A stretch of DNA of 64,000 bases. It comes from Steroidobacteraceae bacterium. Lineage in GTDB: Bacteria > Pseudomonadota > Gammaproteobacteria > Steroidobacterales > Steroidobacteraceae. A program made the position numbers and the translations under genes. Below the pieces are notes generated by a model that worked only from the letters and a program-made list of their open reading frames with translations, ran no database searches and had not been told where the DNA came from. The stretch is taken from the NCBI GenBank assembly GCA_035499515.1, contig DATJYR010000041.1:14492-78491 (forward strand), written 5' to 3'. Positions 1-7,541 of this stretch are shown here, piece by piece. The stretch's first letter is position 1. Every line of letters starts with the position of its first letter.

Positions 1-1122
1 ACCGACCAGCGTGCCGGCCGGAAACGTGGCCGCGAACAGGTCGAACGCATCGCGGCCCGGCGCGAGCTGGCCGTGCACGCCGCTCACGATGTGCATCACG
101 TGGCTGTAGCGCTCGATGGCGCGATACGGGTTCACGTGCACCGATCCTGCCGTCGCCACGCGGCCGAGGTCGTTGCGCGCCAGATCCACCAGCATCACGT
201 GCTCGGCATTCTCCTTGGGATCGGCGCGCAGCTCGGCTTCGCGCGCGGCGTCGAGCGTGGCATCGCCGCCGCGCGGGCGCGTGCCGGCGATGGGGCGCAG
301 CTCGGCGCGGCCCTGGTTCAGTTTCACCAGCGCTTCAGGCGAGGAGCCCACCACGGTGAGATCGCCGAGCCTGCAATAGAACATGTACGGCGAGGGATTG
401 ATGAGGCGCAGCGCGCGATAGGCCTGGAACGGATCGAGGTCGTGGCGACCCGAAAAGCGCGATGACAGCACCAGCTGGTACACATCGCCGGCCGCGATGT
501 ACTCCTGCGTGCGCCGCACGCCGGCCATGAACTGCTCGCGGCCCAGTGCGGCCGTCGGCGGCGAGTGCCTGCCCTTGCCGTTGGGCCACGGCGGCAACGC
601 GCCGCGCAGCGCCGCGACCACCTGCAGGCGCAGGCTGGCGCGCTCGCTTGCGGTGCCCGCGTGCAGCAGCGCGATGCCGCGCGTGAGGTGATCGAACACC
701 AGCAGCGAACGCGGCGCCGTGTAGTGCAGCAGCGGCGGTGCATGGGGGAGCGGCGCGGCGATGGCGGGCAGGCGCTCGAAGTAGCGCACCACATCATAAG
801 AGGTGTAGCCGACCAGCCCCCCGGCCAGCGGCACCTGCGGGATCTCCGGCTGCGGCCGCGGTGCGGCGGCCAGCGCGCGGCGCAGGCCCGCCAGCAGTCC
901 GGCCGCGTCCTGCGGCACGGGCAGGCGCTCCGAGCCGATCCGGAAACCGCCGGCATCGAGCTTGACCTCGAGCGCATCGCCGAAGCCGATGAACGAATAG
1001 CGGCCGAGCCGCTCGCCGCCCTCCACGCTCTCGAGCAGGAAGCAGGGGTTGAAAGCGGCCAGCTTGGCAAACGCCGAGACCGGTGTGTCGAGATCGCCCG
1101 CGATGTCAAAAGGTGGCTTCAT
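1..1122 (-). CDS. trpE: anthranilate synthase component I, first ~374 codons (gene continues past window start)
   Basis: This is my own minus-strand translation; the ORF is absent from the track because it is open at position 1. ATG at 1122..1120 gives MKPPFDIAGDLDTPVSAFAKLAAFNPCFLLESVEGGERLGRYSFIGFG. Further in are LINPSPYMFYCRLGDLTVVGSSPE, IAGTRPRGGD and EHVMLVDLARNDLGRV, which are chorismate-binding enzyme motifs. The Trp-codon leader directly upstream favours trpE over pabB. Confidence 0.85.
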   Translation of the reverse strand, partial: MKPPFDIAGDLDTPVSAFAKLAAFNPCFLLESVEGGERLGRYSFIGFGDALEVKLDAGGFRIGSERLPVPQDAAGLLAGLRRALAAAPRPQPEIPQVPLAGGLVGYTSYDVVRYFERLPAIAAPLPHAPPLLHYTAPRSLLVFDHLTRGIALLHAGTASERASLRLQVVAALRGALPPWPNGKGRHSPPTAALGREQFMAGVRRTQEYIAAGDVYQLVLSSRFSGRHDLDPFQAYRALRLINPSPYMFYCRLGDLTVVGSSPEALVKLNQGRAELRPIAGTRPRGGDATLDAAREAELRADPKENAEHVMLVDLARNDLGRVATAGSVHVNPYRAIERYSHVMHIVSGVHGQLAPGRDAFDLFAATFPAGTLVG

Positions 1123-1126
1123 ATGT

Positions 1127-1164
1127 GAAAAGACCCATCCCGGAGGCTGTCCGGAGATGGGTCT
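1127..1164 (-). terminator. trp attenuator terminator: GC-rich stem-loop plus U-tract immediately upstream of the trpE start
   Basis: The minus strand reads AGACCCATC(T)CCGGA-CAGCC-TCCGGGATGGGTCT followed by TTTCACATATG. That is a 14-bp stem with one bulge and a 5-nt loop. The T-run (last stem T plus TTT) ends 7-8 nt before the trpE ATG. Confidence 0.65.
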
Positions 1165-1223
1165 GGTGCTCGCTTGAATTCAGTGCTGTTCGGTTCGAAG
1201 TAACGAAGGCCCAGTGCCCACTC

Positions 1224-1277
1224 CTAGAAGCGGGGCCACCACCAGCGATTCGCGGCAGAAAGGGCAGTTTTCGACAT
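1224..1277 (-). CDS. trpL: trp leader peptide, 17 aa: MSKTALSAANRWWWPRF
   Basis: The minus-strand ORF is ATG TCG AAA ACT GCC CTT TCT GCC GCG AAT CGC TGG TGG TGG CCC CGC TTC TAG. It has three consecutive Trp codons and lies about 60 nt upstream of the terminator hairpin and trpE. Confidence 0.7.
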   Translation of the reverse strand: MSKTALSAANRWWWPRF

Positions 1278-1357
1278 AGCCCAAGAGTATGGCGAGGCCG
1301 CGGCGGAGGCGTCAAGCGGTATTGGAACCAGTGGATGGGGGTACAGTCCATACCCCG

Positions 1358-3148
1358 ATGTCCCGCAAGTCCGAAAACCCCGATCCGGCCCGGCTGAGCC
1401 TCCCCTGGCTGCTGGCCGAACTGGTCAGGGCGCAGCTCATCACGGCCGAGGCCTCGCGCCGGGTGGTGATGCCGGCGGGCAAGAAGGCCGGCGAACCGCC
1501 GCACCCGCTGGTGATCGCCGCCGCGCAGGACTGGCCCGATCCGCGCAACGCAGGCGGCAAGCTCAGCCTCGAGGCGCTGACGCGCTGGCTCGCGCACCGC
1601 GCGCGCATCCCGTTCATGCGCATCGATCCGCTCACGCTCGACGTCGCGCAGCTCACCGCCGTGCTGCCGTATGCGTACGCCTCGCGCGCCGGCATCCTGC
1701 CCGTGCGCAGCGGACCCGCGGGCGTGGTGTTCGCGGTGAAGGATCCGTTTGCGCTGGAGTGGATCAAGGACCTGGAACCCGCGCTCAAGCTGCCGATCAA
1801 GCGCGTCGGCGCGAACCCGCAGGACATCGATCGCTACCTGGTGGAGTTCTACGCCATCGCGCGTTCGGTGAAGATCACCGGCGAGGAGCGCGCGCAGCTC
1901 GGGCCCACGGGACTTCGCAACCTCGAGCAGCTCACCGAACTCAGTCGCGCGGGCAAACTCACCGCCGAAGACCAGCACGTGGTGGCGATCGTCGACTGGC
2001 TGCTGCAGTACGCCTTCGATTCACGCGCCAGCGACATCCATCTGGAACCGCGCCGCGACACCGGCAACGTGCGCTTCCGCATCGATGGCATCCTGCACGA
2101 TGTCTACCAGCTTCCCGCGCCGGTGATGCCCGCGGTGTCGAGCCGCATCAAGATCCTCGGCCGGCTCGACGTCGCGGAAAAGCGGCGGCCGCAGGACGGC
2201 CGCATCCGCACCCGCTCGCCCGATGGCAAGGAAATCGAATTGCGCGTGTCCGCGCTGCCGACCGCGTTCGGCGAGAAACTGGTGCTGCGCATCTTCAATC
2301 CCGAAGTGCTGGTGCGGGACTTCGGCCGGCTCGGTTTTTCGGACGCCGAGACGAAAACCTGGAACGACATGATCGGGCAGCCGCACGGCATCGTGCTGGT
2401 CACGGGCCCGACGGGCTCGGGCAAGACCACGACGCTGTATTCCTCGCTCAAGCAGCTCGCCACCGAGGAAGTGAACGTGTGTTCGATCGAGGATCCGATC
2501 GAACTCATCGACGGCAGCTTCAACCAGATGCAGGTGCAGGCCAACATCGACCTGGATTTCGCCACCGGCGTGCGCGCGCTGCTGCGGCAGGACCCGGACA
2601 TCATCATGATCGGCGAAATCCGCGACCTCGAGACCGCGGACGTCGCGGTGCAGGCGGCGCTCACCGGCCACCTGGTGCTCTCCACGCTGCACACCAATGA
2701 TTCGCCTTCGGCCATCACGCGGCTGCTCGAACTGGGCGTACCCGCGTACCTCATCAAGGCGACCCTCATCGGCGTGCTCGCGCAGCGACTGGTGCGCACG
2801 CTGTGTCCGCACTGCAAGGCGCCGCAGCCCATGAACGCCGCGCAGTGGAGCGAACTGAACGTGGGCGCGTCGGTGCCGATACCGGAAAACATCCAGCGCG
2901 CAGTGGGCTGCCTCGAATGCCGCCAGACCGGCTTTCTCGGCCGCAGCGGCGTCTACGAACTCATGCCGGTGGGCGGCGCGCTGCGGGCGGCGATCAGCGC
3001 CAGCACCGACCTGGTGGATCTGCGCAGCCTGGCGGTGAAGGGCGGCATGCGGCCCTTGCGCCATGCGGGCGCCGAGAAGGTGGCGGCCGGGCTGACGACG
3101 ATCGGCGAAGTGCTCGCGCTCACGCCGGACCCGAGCCGCGGCGATTGA
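1358..3148 (+). CDS. GspE/PilB-family type II/IV secretion ATPase (orphan, no other T2SS/T4P genes nearby)
   Basis: In frame with track ORF 1289..3148; I prefer the internal ATG (MSRKSENPD). Motifs: Walker A GPTGSGKTTT, Asp box SIEDPIE, Walker B DPDIIMIGEIRD, His box TGHLVLSTLHTND, and tetra-Cys CPHCK...CLECRQTG. A GSPII_E N-terminal-like region (PFMRIDPLTLD...) is also present. Confidence 0.9.
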   Translation: MSRKSENPDPARLSLPWLLAELVRAQLITAEASRRVVMPAGKKAGEPPHPLVIAAAQDWPDPRNAGGKLSLEALTRWLAHRARIPFMRIDPLTLDVAQLTAVLPYAYASRAGILPVRSGPAGVVFAVKDPFALEWIKDLEPALKLPIKRVGANPQDIDRYLVEFYAIARSVKITGEERAQLGPTGLRNLEQLTELSRAGKLTAEDQHVVAIVDWLLQYAFDSRASDIHLEPRRDTGNVRFRIDGILHDVYQLPAPVMPAVSSRIKILGRLDVAEKRRPQDGRIRTRSPDGKEIELRVSALPTAFGEKLVLRIFNPEVLVRDFGRLGFSDAETKTWNDMIGQPHGIVLVTGPTGSGKTTTLYSSLKQLATEEVNVCSIEDPIELIDGSFNQMQVQANIDLDFATGVRALLRQDPDIIMIGEIRDLETADVAVQAALTGHLVLSTLHTNDSPSAITRLLELGVPAYLIKATLIGVLAQRLVRTLCPHCKAPQPMNAAQWSELNVGASVPIPENIQRAVGCLECRQTGFLGRSGVYELMPVGGALRAAISASTDLVDLRSLAVKGGMRPLRHAGAEKVAAGLTTIGEVLALTPDPSRGD

Positions 3149-3183
3149 ACCCGCGCGGCGCGTGAGGCGCGGACCCGCACCTC

Positions 3184-4506
3184 TCAGGCGCGGATCAGTC
3201 CTTCGGTGCGACGCACCGCGCCGCTGTCCGGAAACACTTCCGCCTCCAGCTGGCGATCGGACACCTGCAGCTGCTCATGCAGCACGCCCTTGATGAGCGC
3301 GCGCAGATCCAGTGTCGGTCGCAGGTCGCGTCCCTGGTAGAGCGCGCGGTTCGACAGGCCCGGCCAGTCGCACAGCACCCGGCCGCCGGCCACGGCGCCG
3401 CCCACCAGGAATGCCGCCGCACCGGTGCCGTGATCGGTGCCGCGCGTGCCATTGATGGCAGCGGTGCGACCGAACTCCGTGGCCAGCAGCACCGCGGTCC
3501 TGTTCCACACCGGACCCAGGGCATCGTGCAGTTCGCGCAGGCCCGCATCCAGCGCCGCGAGACGCTGGGCGAGCAATCCCTCGGCGCCGCCCTCGTTGGC
3601 GTGCGTGTCCCATCCGAGCGTGTCGAACACCGCGACGCGGGGGCCATCCTCGCGCTTGAGGAAACCGGCCGCCGCGCGCACCGTCTCCGCGTAGCGCTGC
3701 ACGCCGCCGCGTTTGCCGACGACGGTGGATCGATCCGCGGCACCATTCGCCGACGCATCGCTGCCGTCGCCCGGCGTCGCCGCGCCCAGCGTCGCCGCGC
3801 CCTGCATCGCATCCGCGCCAGGCGTCGGTGCCGGCGTTGCGGCAGCCGTCATTTCAGAGCCCGTGGCGATGGCATTGCTGCTGAGCGCGTCGGCGAGCCG
3901 CGGACCGAGCAGGGCGTCGGTGGCGTAGAGATCGGTGATCCGCTGCAGCGTGTCTTCGCTGAGGCTCGCCAGGCGCGTCGGCGACCATGAAGCCACCGGC
4001 GCGGGACCGCGCATCACCAGCGGCAGGTTGGCGCCGAGCACCACGCCCGCTTCCTTGCGCGCGGGCAGCGCGCGGTTGAGCCAGCCGCTGGCCGATGCAT
4101 GCGGCACCGGCATGCCGGATTCCAGCACATCCTGCCCGTCGAAGTGCGAACGCTCCCGGTACGCCGTGGCCACGGCGTGGGCGACCAGCAGCTCGCCCGC
4201 GGCGTAGCGCTCGTGCAGGAACGCCAGGCCCGGATGCAACGCGAAGGTATTGTCGAGTTTCAGGCCGCCTTGGGCCGCACCCGGCGGCGCAATGGCGTTG
4301 GCTTCGCGCAGGGCCGCATAGGCGGGATCGCCATAGGGCGGCACGGCGCTGAGCCCGTCCAGCGCACCGCGCAGCAGGATGAACACGAAGCGGCCATCGC
4401 CATGGCTGCCGCTCGCTGGCAGCGCAAAGGAGAATTTCGACAGCGCGAGCAGCCCGGCGCCCTGGGCGCCGGCGAGCAGGAAGTTCCTGCGTGTGAGCGG
4501 GTCCAT
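3184..4506 (-). CDS. DUF1501 family protein (sulfatase-like fold), Tat signal
   Basis: 440 aa. The N-terminus MDPLTRRNFLLAGAQGAGLLAL has a twin-arginine motif. The C-terminal GTDHGTGAAAFLVGG is typical of DUF1501. It is paired with an upstream DUF1800 gene. Confidence 0.8.
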   Translation of the reverse strand: MDPLTRRNFLLAGAQGAGLLALSKFSFALPASGSHGDGRFVFILLRGALDGLSAVPPYGDPAYAALREANAIAPPGAAQGGLKLDNTFALHPGLAFLHERYAAGELLVAHAVATAYRERSHFDGQDVLESGMPVPHASASGWLNRALPARKEAGVVLGANLPLVMRGPAPVASWSPTRLASLSEDTLQRITDLYATDALLGPRLADALSSNAIATGSEMTAAATPAPTPGADAMQGAATLGAATPGDGSDASANGAADRSTVVGKRGGVQRYAETVRAAAGFLKREDGPRVAVFDTLGWDTHANEGGAEGLLAQRLAALDAGLRELHDALGPVWNRTAVLLATEFGRTAAINGTRGTDHGTGAAAFLVGGAVAGGRVLCDWPGLSNRALYQGRDLRPTLDLRALIKGVLHEQLQVSDRQLEAEVFPDSGAVRRTEGLIRA

Positions 4507-4518
4507 CTGCCTCCTCCT

Positions 4519-5898
4519 TCAGCGCCGCATGAATTCCGGACTGGCCAGCATCAGGGTCAGCGCCTGCGCGCCGCTGTCGGCGTGCGCGATCGCAGTGCGG
4601 GTGTCGGCGCCCAGCACGCCCGCCAGCACGTCGGCCGCGCGCTCGCCGGCGTCGATGCGCGAGCCCAGTCGCTGCCCGATCTGGTCCGCCCATTCGAGGC
4701 GCTTGAACAAGGAGGACGAACCATCCCAGTCGGCCGACGTATCGGGCCACCCCGCGGGCGAACCGGGCGAATACACGCGCTGGCCCAGCAGTTCGAACGG
4801 CACCAGCGCCTTGCCCGCTTCCGGCACCGGCGCCTGCAGCGCCCGGAAGCTCGAGTAGACGAAGTCGCTGGGGGTCTTGAATTTCGCCAGCGGCACGGCC
4901 CACGCCTGGGGGGCGTCGATGAGCGCGCGATAGACCGTGGGCAGATCGCCGCGACTGTCGAGGTACGCCTGCGTCAGCCGCTCCACCGCGGCCGACGGCG
5001 GATCGTCCGCGATGAAGTGACGCGCCAGCTTGGTGGCCAGGTGGCGCGCGGTCTGCGGCGATTGCGCCAGATCGTGCAGCACCGCAGTGCCTTGCGCCAG
5101 GCCGGACTCGCCGTAGCGGCGTCCCAGCAGCACGCGCGCTCCCGGTTCGTGCAGGTTGTCGCGGAACTGGAAGCGCCCGGGCGTGCCACTGCGCAGCTGG
5201 CCTTGGCCACCGCCAATGGACCAGCCGGTGATCACCTTGGCGAATTCGGTGACATCGCCCTGCGAGTATCCGCCGTTCACACCGAGCGTGTGAAGCTCGA
5301 GGATTTCGCGTGCGAGGTTTTCGTTGAGACCGAGTTTCTGTTCGGCGTTGCCCAGACGCTGGGCGCGCCGCTCGGCGCGCAGCGCGAGTGCGGAGTGCGG
5401 ACCGATCGAGCGTGCATTGTCGAGATACAGCAGCATGGCCGGATGCTGCTCGACCGCCAGCAGCAGGTTCCCGAACGATCCGAGCACATTGGGCCGGATG
5501 GCCTCGCGTTCCAGCGACCCGGCCAATCCCAGCACCGCCGCCTTGTCCACCGACACCGCGAAGTGATTGCTCCAGAACTGCACCAGTCTTTCGGTGAAGG
5601 GGCGGTCGGTGGTCACGCCCTGCTGCAGCCGGGCGCGCACTTCCTCGACGTACACCGGTCGGTACAGCTGGCCCAGCTTCAACGCCGCCTCGCCCTGCCG
5701 CTTTTCCTGCCGCAATTCGGCCACCTGGGCGAGCAGCGAGGCGCTGTCGGGCAGCCCCGCCGCCGATAGCAGGGGTGGACCGCCCTCGAGCTGCGCGCGC
5801 AACGCGCCACGCGGATCCGCGCTCATGGCGGCGATGTCACCCGGCCGGGCGCCGAGGCCGAAGCGGTTGGCGGCGATGGTGGCTGCTGGCACGCTCAT
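4519..5898 (-). CDS. DUF1800 family protein
   Basis: In frame with track ORF 4519..6036. I prefer the internal ATG at 5898 (MSVPAATIAANRFGLGARPGD), a typical DUF1800 N-terminus. This is the canonical DUF1800-DUF1501 gene pair. Confidence 0.75.
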   Translation of the reverse strand: MSVPAATIAANRFGLGARPGDIAAMSADPRGALRAQLEGGPPLLSAAGLPDSASLLAQVAELRQEKRQGEAALKLGQLYRPVYVEEVRARLQQGVTTDRPFTERLVQFWSNHFAVSVDKAAVLGLAGSLEREAIRPNVLGSFGNLLLAVEQHPAMLLYLDNARSIGPHSALALRAERRAQRLGNAEQKLGLNENLAREILELHTLGVNGGYSQGDVTEFAKVITGWSIGGGQGQLRSGTPGRFQFRDNLHEPGARVLLGRRYGESGLAQGTAVLHDLAQSPQTARHLATKLARHFIADDPPSAAVERLTQAYLDSRGDLPTVYRALIDAPQAWAVPLAKFKTPSDFVYSSFRALQAPVPEAGKALVPFELLGQRVYSPGSPAGWPDTSADWDGSSSLFKRLEWADQIGQRLGSRIDAGERAADVLAGVLGADTRTAIAHADSGAQALTLMLASPEFMRR

Positions 5899-6011
5899 GC
5901 TGAAGGCTAACGGCAGCGCTACCCGATGGTTGACAAATCGCCACAGAATCCGCGGGTCCGTTCGGATAATCTTATGCATCCACCCCCAATGCACCGCAAG
6001 GGAGTAGTCGC

Positions 6012-6569
6012 ATGGTCCGCACCGCAACGATGGCATGGTTCGCGCTGGGTGCGGCGACCGTGGGCACCCTCGCGCACGCGGCGCAGTGCCCCGCCTACCT
6101 GGACCACGATTTCCAGAAGCTGCACTCCAGCGAAACAGTGAATCTCTGCCAGCTGGCCGACGGTCACCCGCTGCTGATCGTCAACACCGCAAGCCATTGC
6201 GGCTTCACGCCGCAGTTCAAGGGTCTCGAAGCGCTGCACGAGCGCTACCAGGACCGCGGCCTGGTGGTGGTGGGCTTCCCTTCCGATTCGTTCCACCAGG
6301 AAGCCCGGGACGACGCCGAGACCGCGCAAGTCTGCTACCTCAACTACGGCGTGAAATTCACCATGCTGTCGGTGTCGCCGGTGAAGGGCGAGGACGCGAA
6401 CCCGGTGTTCAAGGAGCTGGCGAGGCAGACCGAAGCGCCGAGCTGGAACTTCAACAAGTATCTGGTCAGGCCCGATGGCATCGTGGCCGCGCACTTCGGC
6501 AGCAAAGTGACGCCCGAGTCACCGGAACTCAATCAGGCCATCGCGGGTCTGTTGCCCGTCGCGAAGTAG
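6012..6569 (+). CDS. glutathione peroxidase family protein with signal peptide
   Basis: Motifs NTASHCGFTPQF, VVGFPSDSF and WNFNKYLV. The N-terminal hydrophobic segment ends AHAA. AAGGGAG lies 7 nt upstream of the ATG. Confidence 0.9.
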   Translation: MVRTATMAWFALGAATVGTLAHAAQCPAYLDHDFQKLHSSETVNLCQLADGHPLLIVNTASHCGFTPQFKGLEALHERYQDRGLVVVGFPSDSFHQEARDDAETAQVCYLNYGVKFTMLSVSPVKGEDANPVFKELARQTEAPSWNFNKYLVRPDGIVAAHFGSKVTPESPELNQAIAGLLPVAK

Positions 6570-6615
6570 ATTCGCGACGCAATCTTTCGGGTTCATTCCA
6601 ATCAAGGGGGGAAGA

Positions 6616-7464
6616 ATGGGAAACAATCGGATCACGGCGCTCTGCTTTGGCATCGCCGGTCTCACGCTGTTCGCGGCCAGTGGCTTCGCGGCCAGCCAGG
6701 TGGTTGAAAGCGAAGAGCACTACGTGCGCGCCTTGCGCGATCGCACCAGCCTCATGGGCGAGATCAACAAGCTCGCGCTGCAGAAGTCGACCACGCCGGC
6801 GATCCAGACGTTCGCCAGGCGCACCAGCGCCGAATTCGACGCGCGCCAGAAGGAGATCGTCGCCATCGCCGATCAGCTCGGCATCCCGGGCGTCGGCGGC
6901 ATGGGTGGCGCCCCTCCCGGAGCGGGCGGCGCGGGCGGAGCAGGCGGTCCCCCGGGCGGTGCTGCAGCAGGCGGTCCCCCGGGCGGTGCGCCTCCGGGCG
7001 GTGCTGCAGCGGGCGGTCCGCCGGGCGGAGCCGGTGGCCCGGGTGGCGCAGCACCGGGCGGAGCTGGGGGTCCGGGTGGCGCAGCGCCTGGCGGCGGCGG
7101 CGGACGCGGTGGCGGCCCGGGCGCGCGCAACAAGGCGGTGCTCGATGGCCTGGCGAAATATTCCGGCGCGGAATTCGACCACGCCTATCTGCTGACCATG
7201 ATCCAGCTGCACGAGGAACTCGAGCGCAATGTGCTGGGTGAGATCCTCAATCCGGCGGCGAATCGCGACCTCGCGAACTGGTCGAAGGACTTCATCGTGC
7301 CGTACGCGCGGGACGCCAACATCGCCCAGCAGCTCACCACCGGCAGCGGCGATGGCAACCTGATGCAGCCGGCACAGGCGAACGACCCGAACCGCAAGGG
7401 ACCCACCGCCGAACAGATGACGCCGGGCGCCCTGTTCGGCATCACGATCGGCGTGAAGAAGTAA
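6616..7464 (+). CDS. DUF4142-like secreted protein with an internal Gly/Pro/Ala low-complexity insertion
   Basis: Signal peptide MGNNRITALCFGIAGLTLFAASGFAAS. The flanking helical parts (EINKLALQKSTTPAIQTFARR... and FDHAYLLTMIQLHEE) resemble DUF4142. Residues 92-170 are almost pure G/P/A. Confidence 0.7.
   Translation: MGNNRITALCFGIAGLTLFAASGFAASQVVESEEHYVRALRDRTSLMGEINKLALQKSTTPAIQTFARRTSAEFDARQKEIVAIADQLGIPGVGGMGGAPPGAGGAGGAGGPPGGAAAGGPPGGAPPGGAAAGGPPGGAGGPGGAAPGGAGGPGGAAPGGGGGRGGGPGARNKAVLDGLAKYSGAEFDHAYLLTMIQLHEELERNVLGEILNPAANRDLANWSKDFIVPYARDANIAQQLTTGSGDGNLMQPAQANDPNRKGPTAEQMTPGALFGITIGVKK
6889..7125 (+). repeat. degenerate in-frame tandem repeat encoding (GGPPGGAAA / GGPGGAAPGGA)n
   Basis: Repeated DNA units such as gcaggcggtcccccgggcggtgc and ggtggcccgggtggcgcagcaccgggcggagc are visible. 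The translation is GVGGMGGAPPGAGGAGGAGGPPGGAAAGGPPGGAPPGGAAAGGPPGGAGGPGGAAPGGAGGPGGAAPGGGGGRGGGPGA. Confidence 0.85.
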
Positions 7465-7496
7465 GCTGGCGCCAGACGCACGGCGCTGCGCATCGA

Positions 7497-7527
7497 CCCC
7501 CGCCCCCGGCACCGCTGGCGGCGGGGG
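7497..7527 (+). terminator. candidate terminator hairpin after the DUF4142 gene
   Basis: CCCCCGCC (7497-7504) pairs with GGCGGGGG (7520-7527) and is followed by TTCT. It sits between convergent genes. Confidence 0.4.
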
Positions 7528-7541
7528 TTCTCGTCTGCGGA

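Noticed and set aside
1358-1500. MshEN-type c-di-GMP binding motif in the N-terminus of the GspE-like ATPase
   Set aside because: LPWLLAELVRAQLITAEA only loosely resembles the RLGxxLLxxGLI consensus; the key Gly is replaced. I cannot support it without a profile search.
6889-7125. Repeat tract considered as a CRISPR array or a collagen-like gene
   Set aside because: There is no repeat-spacer periodicity and the units are degenerate and contiguous. It is in frame inside a CDS. There is no Gly-X-Y triplet regularity.
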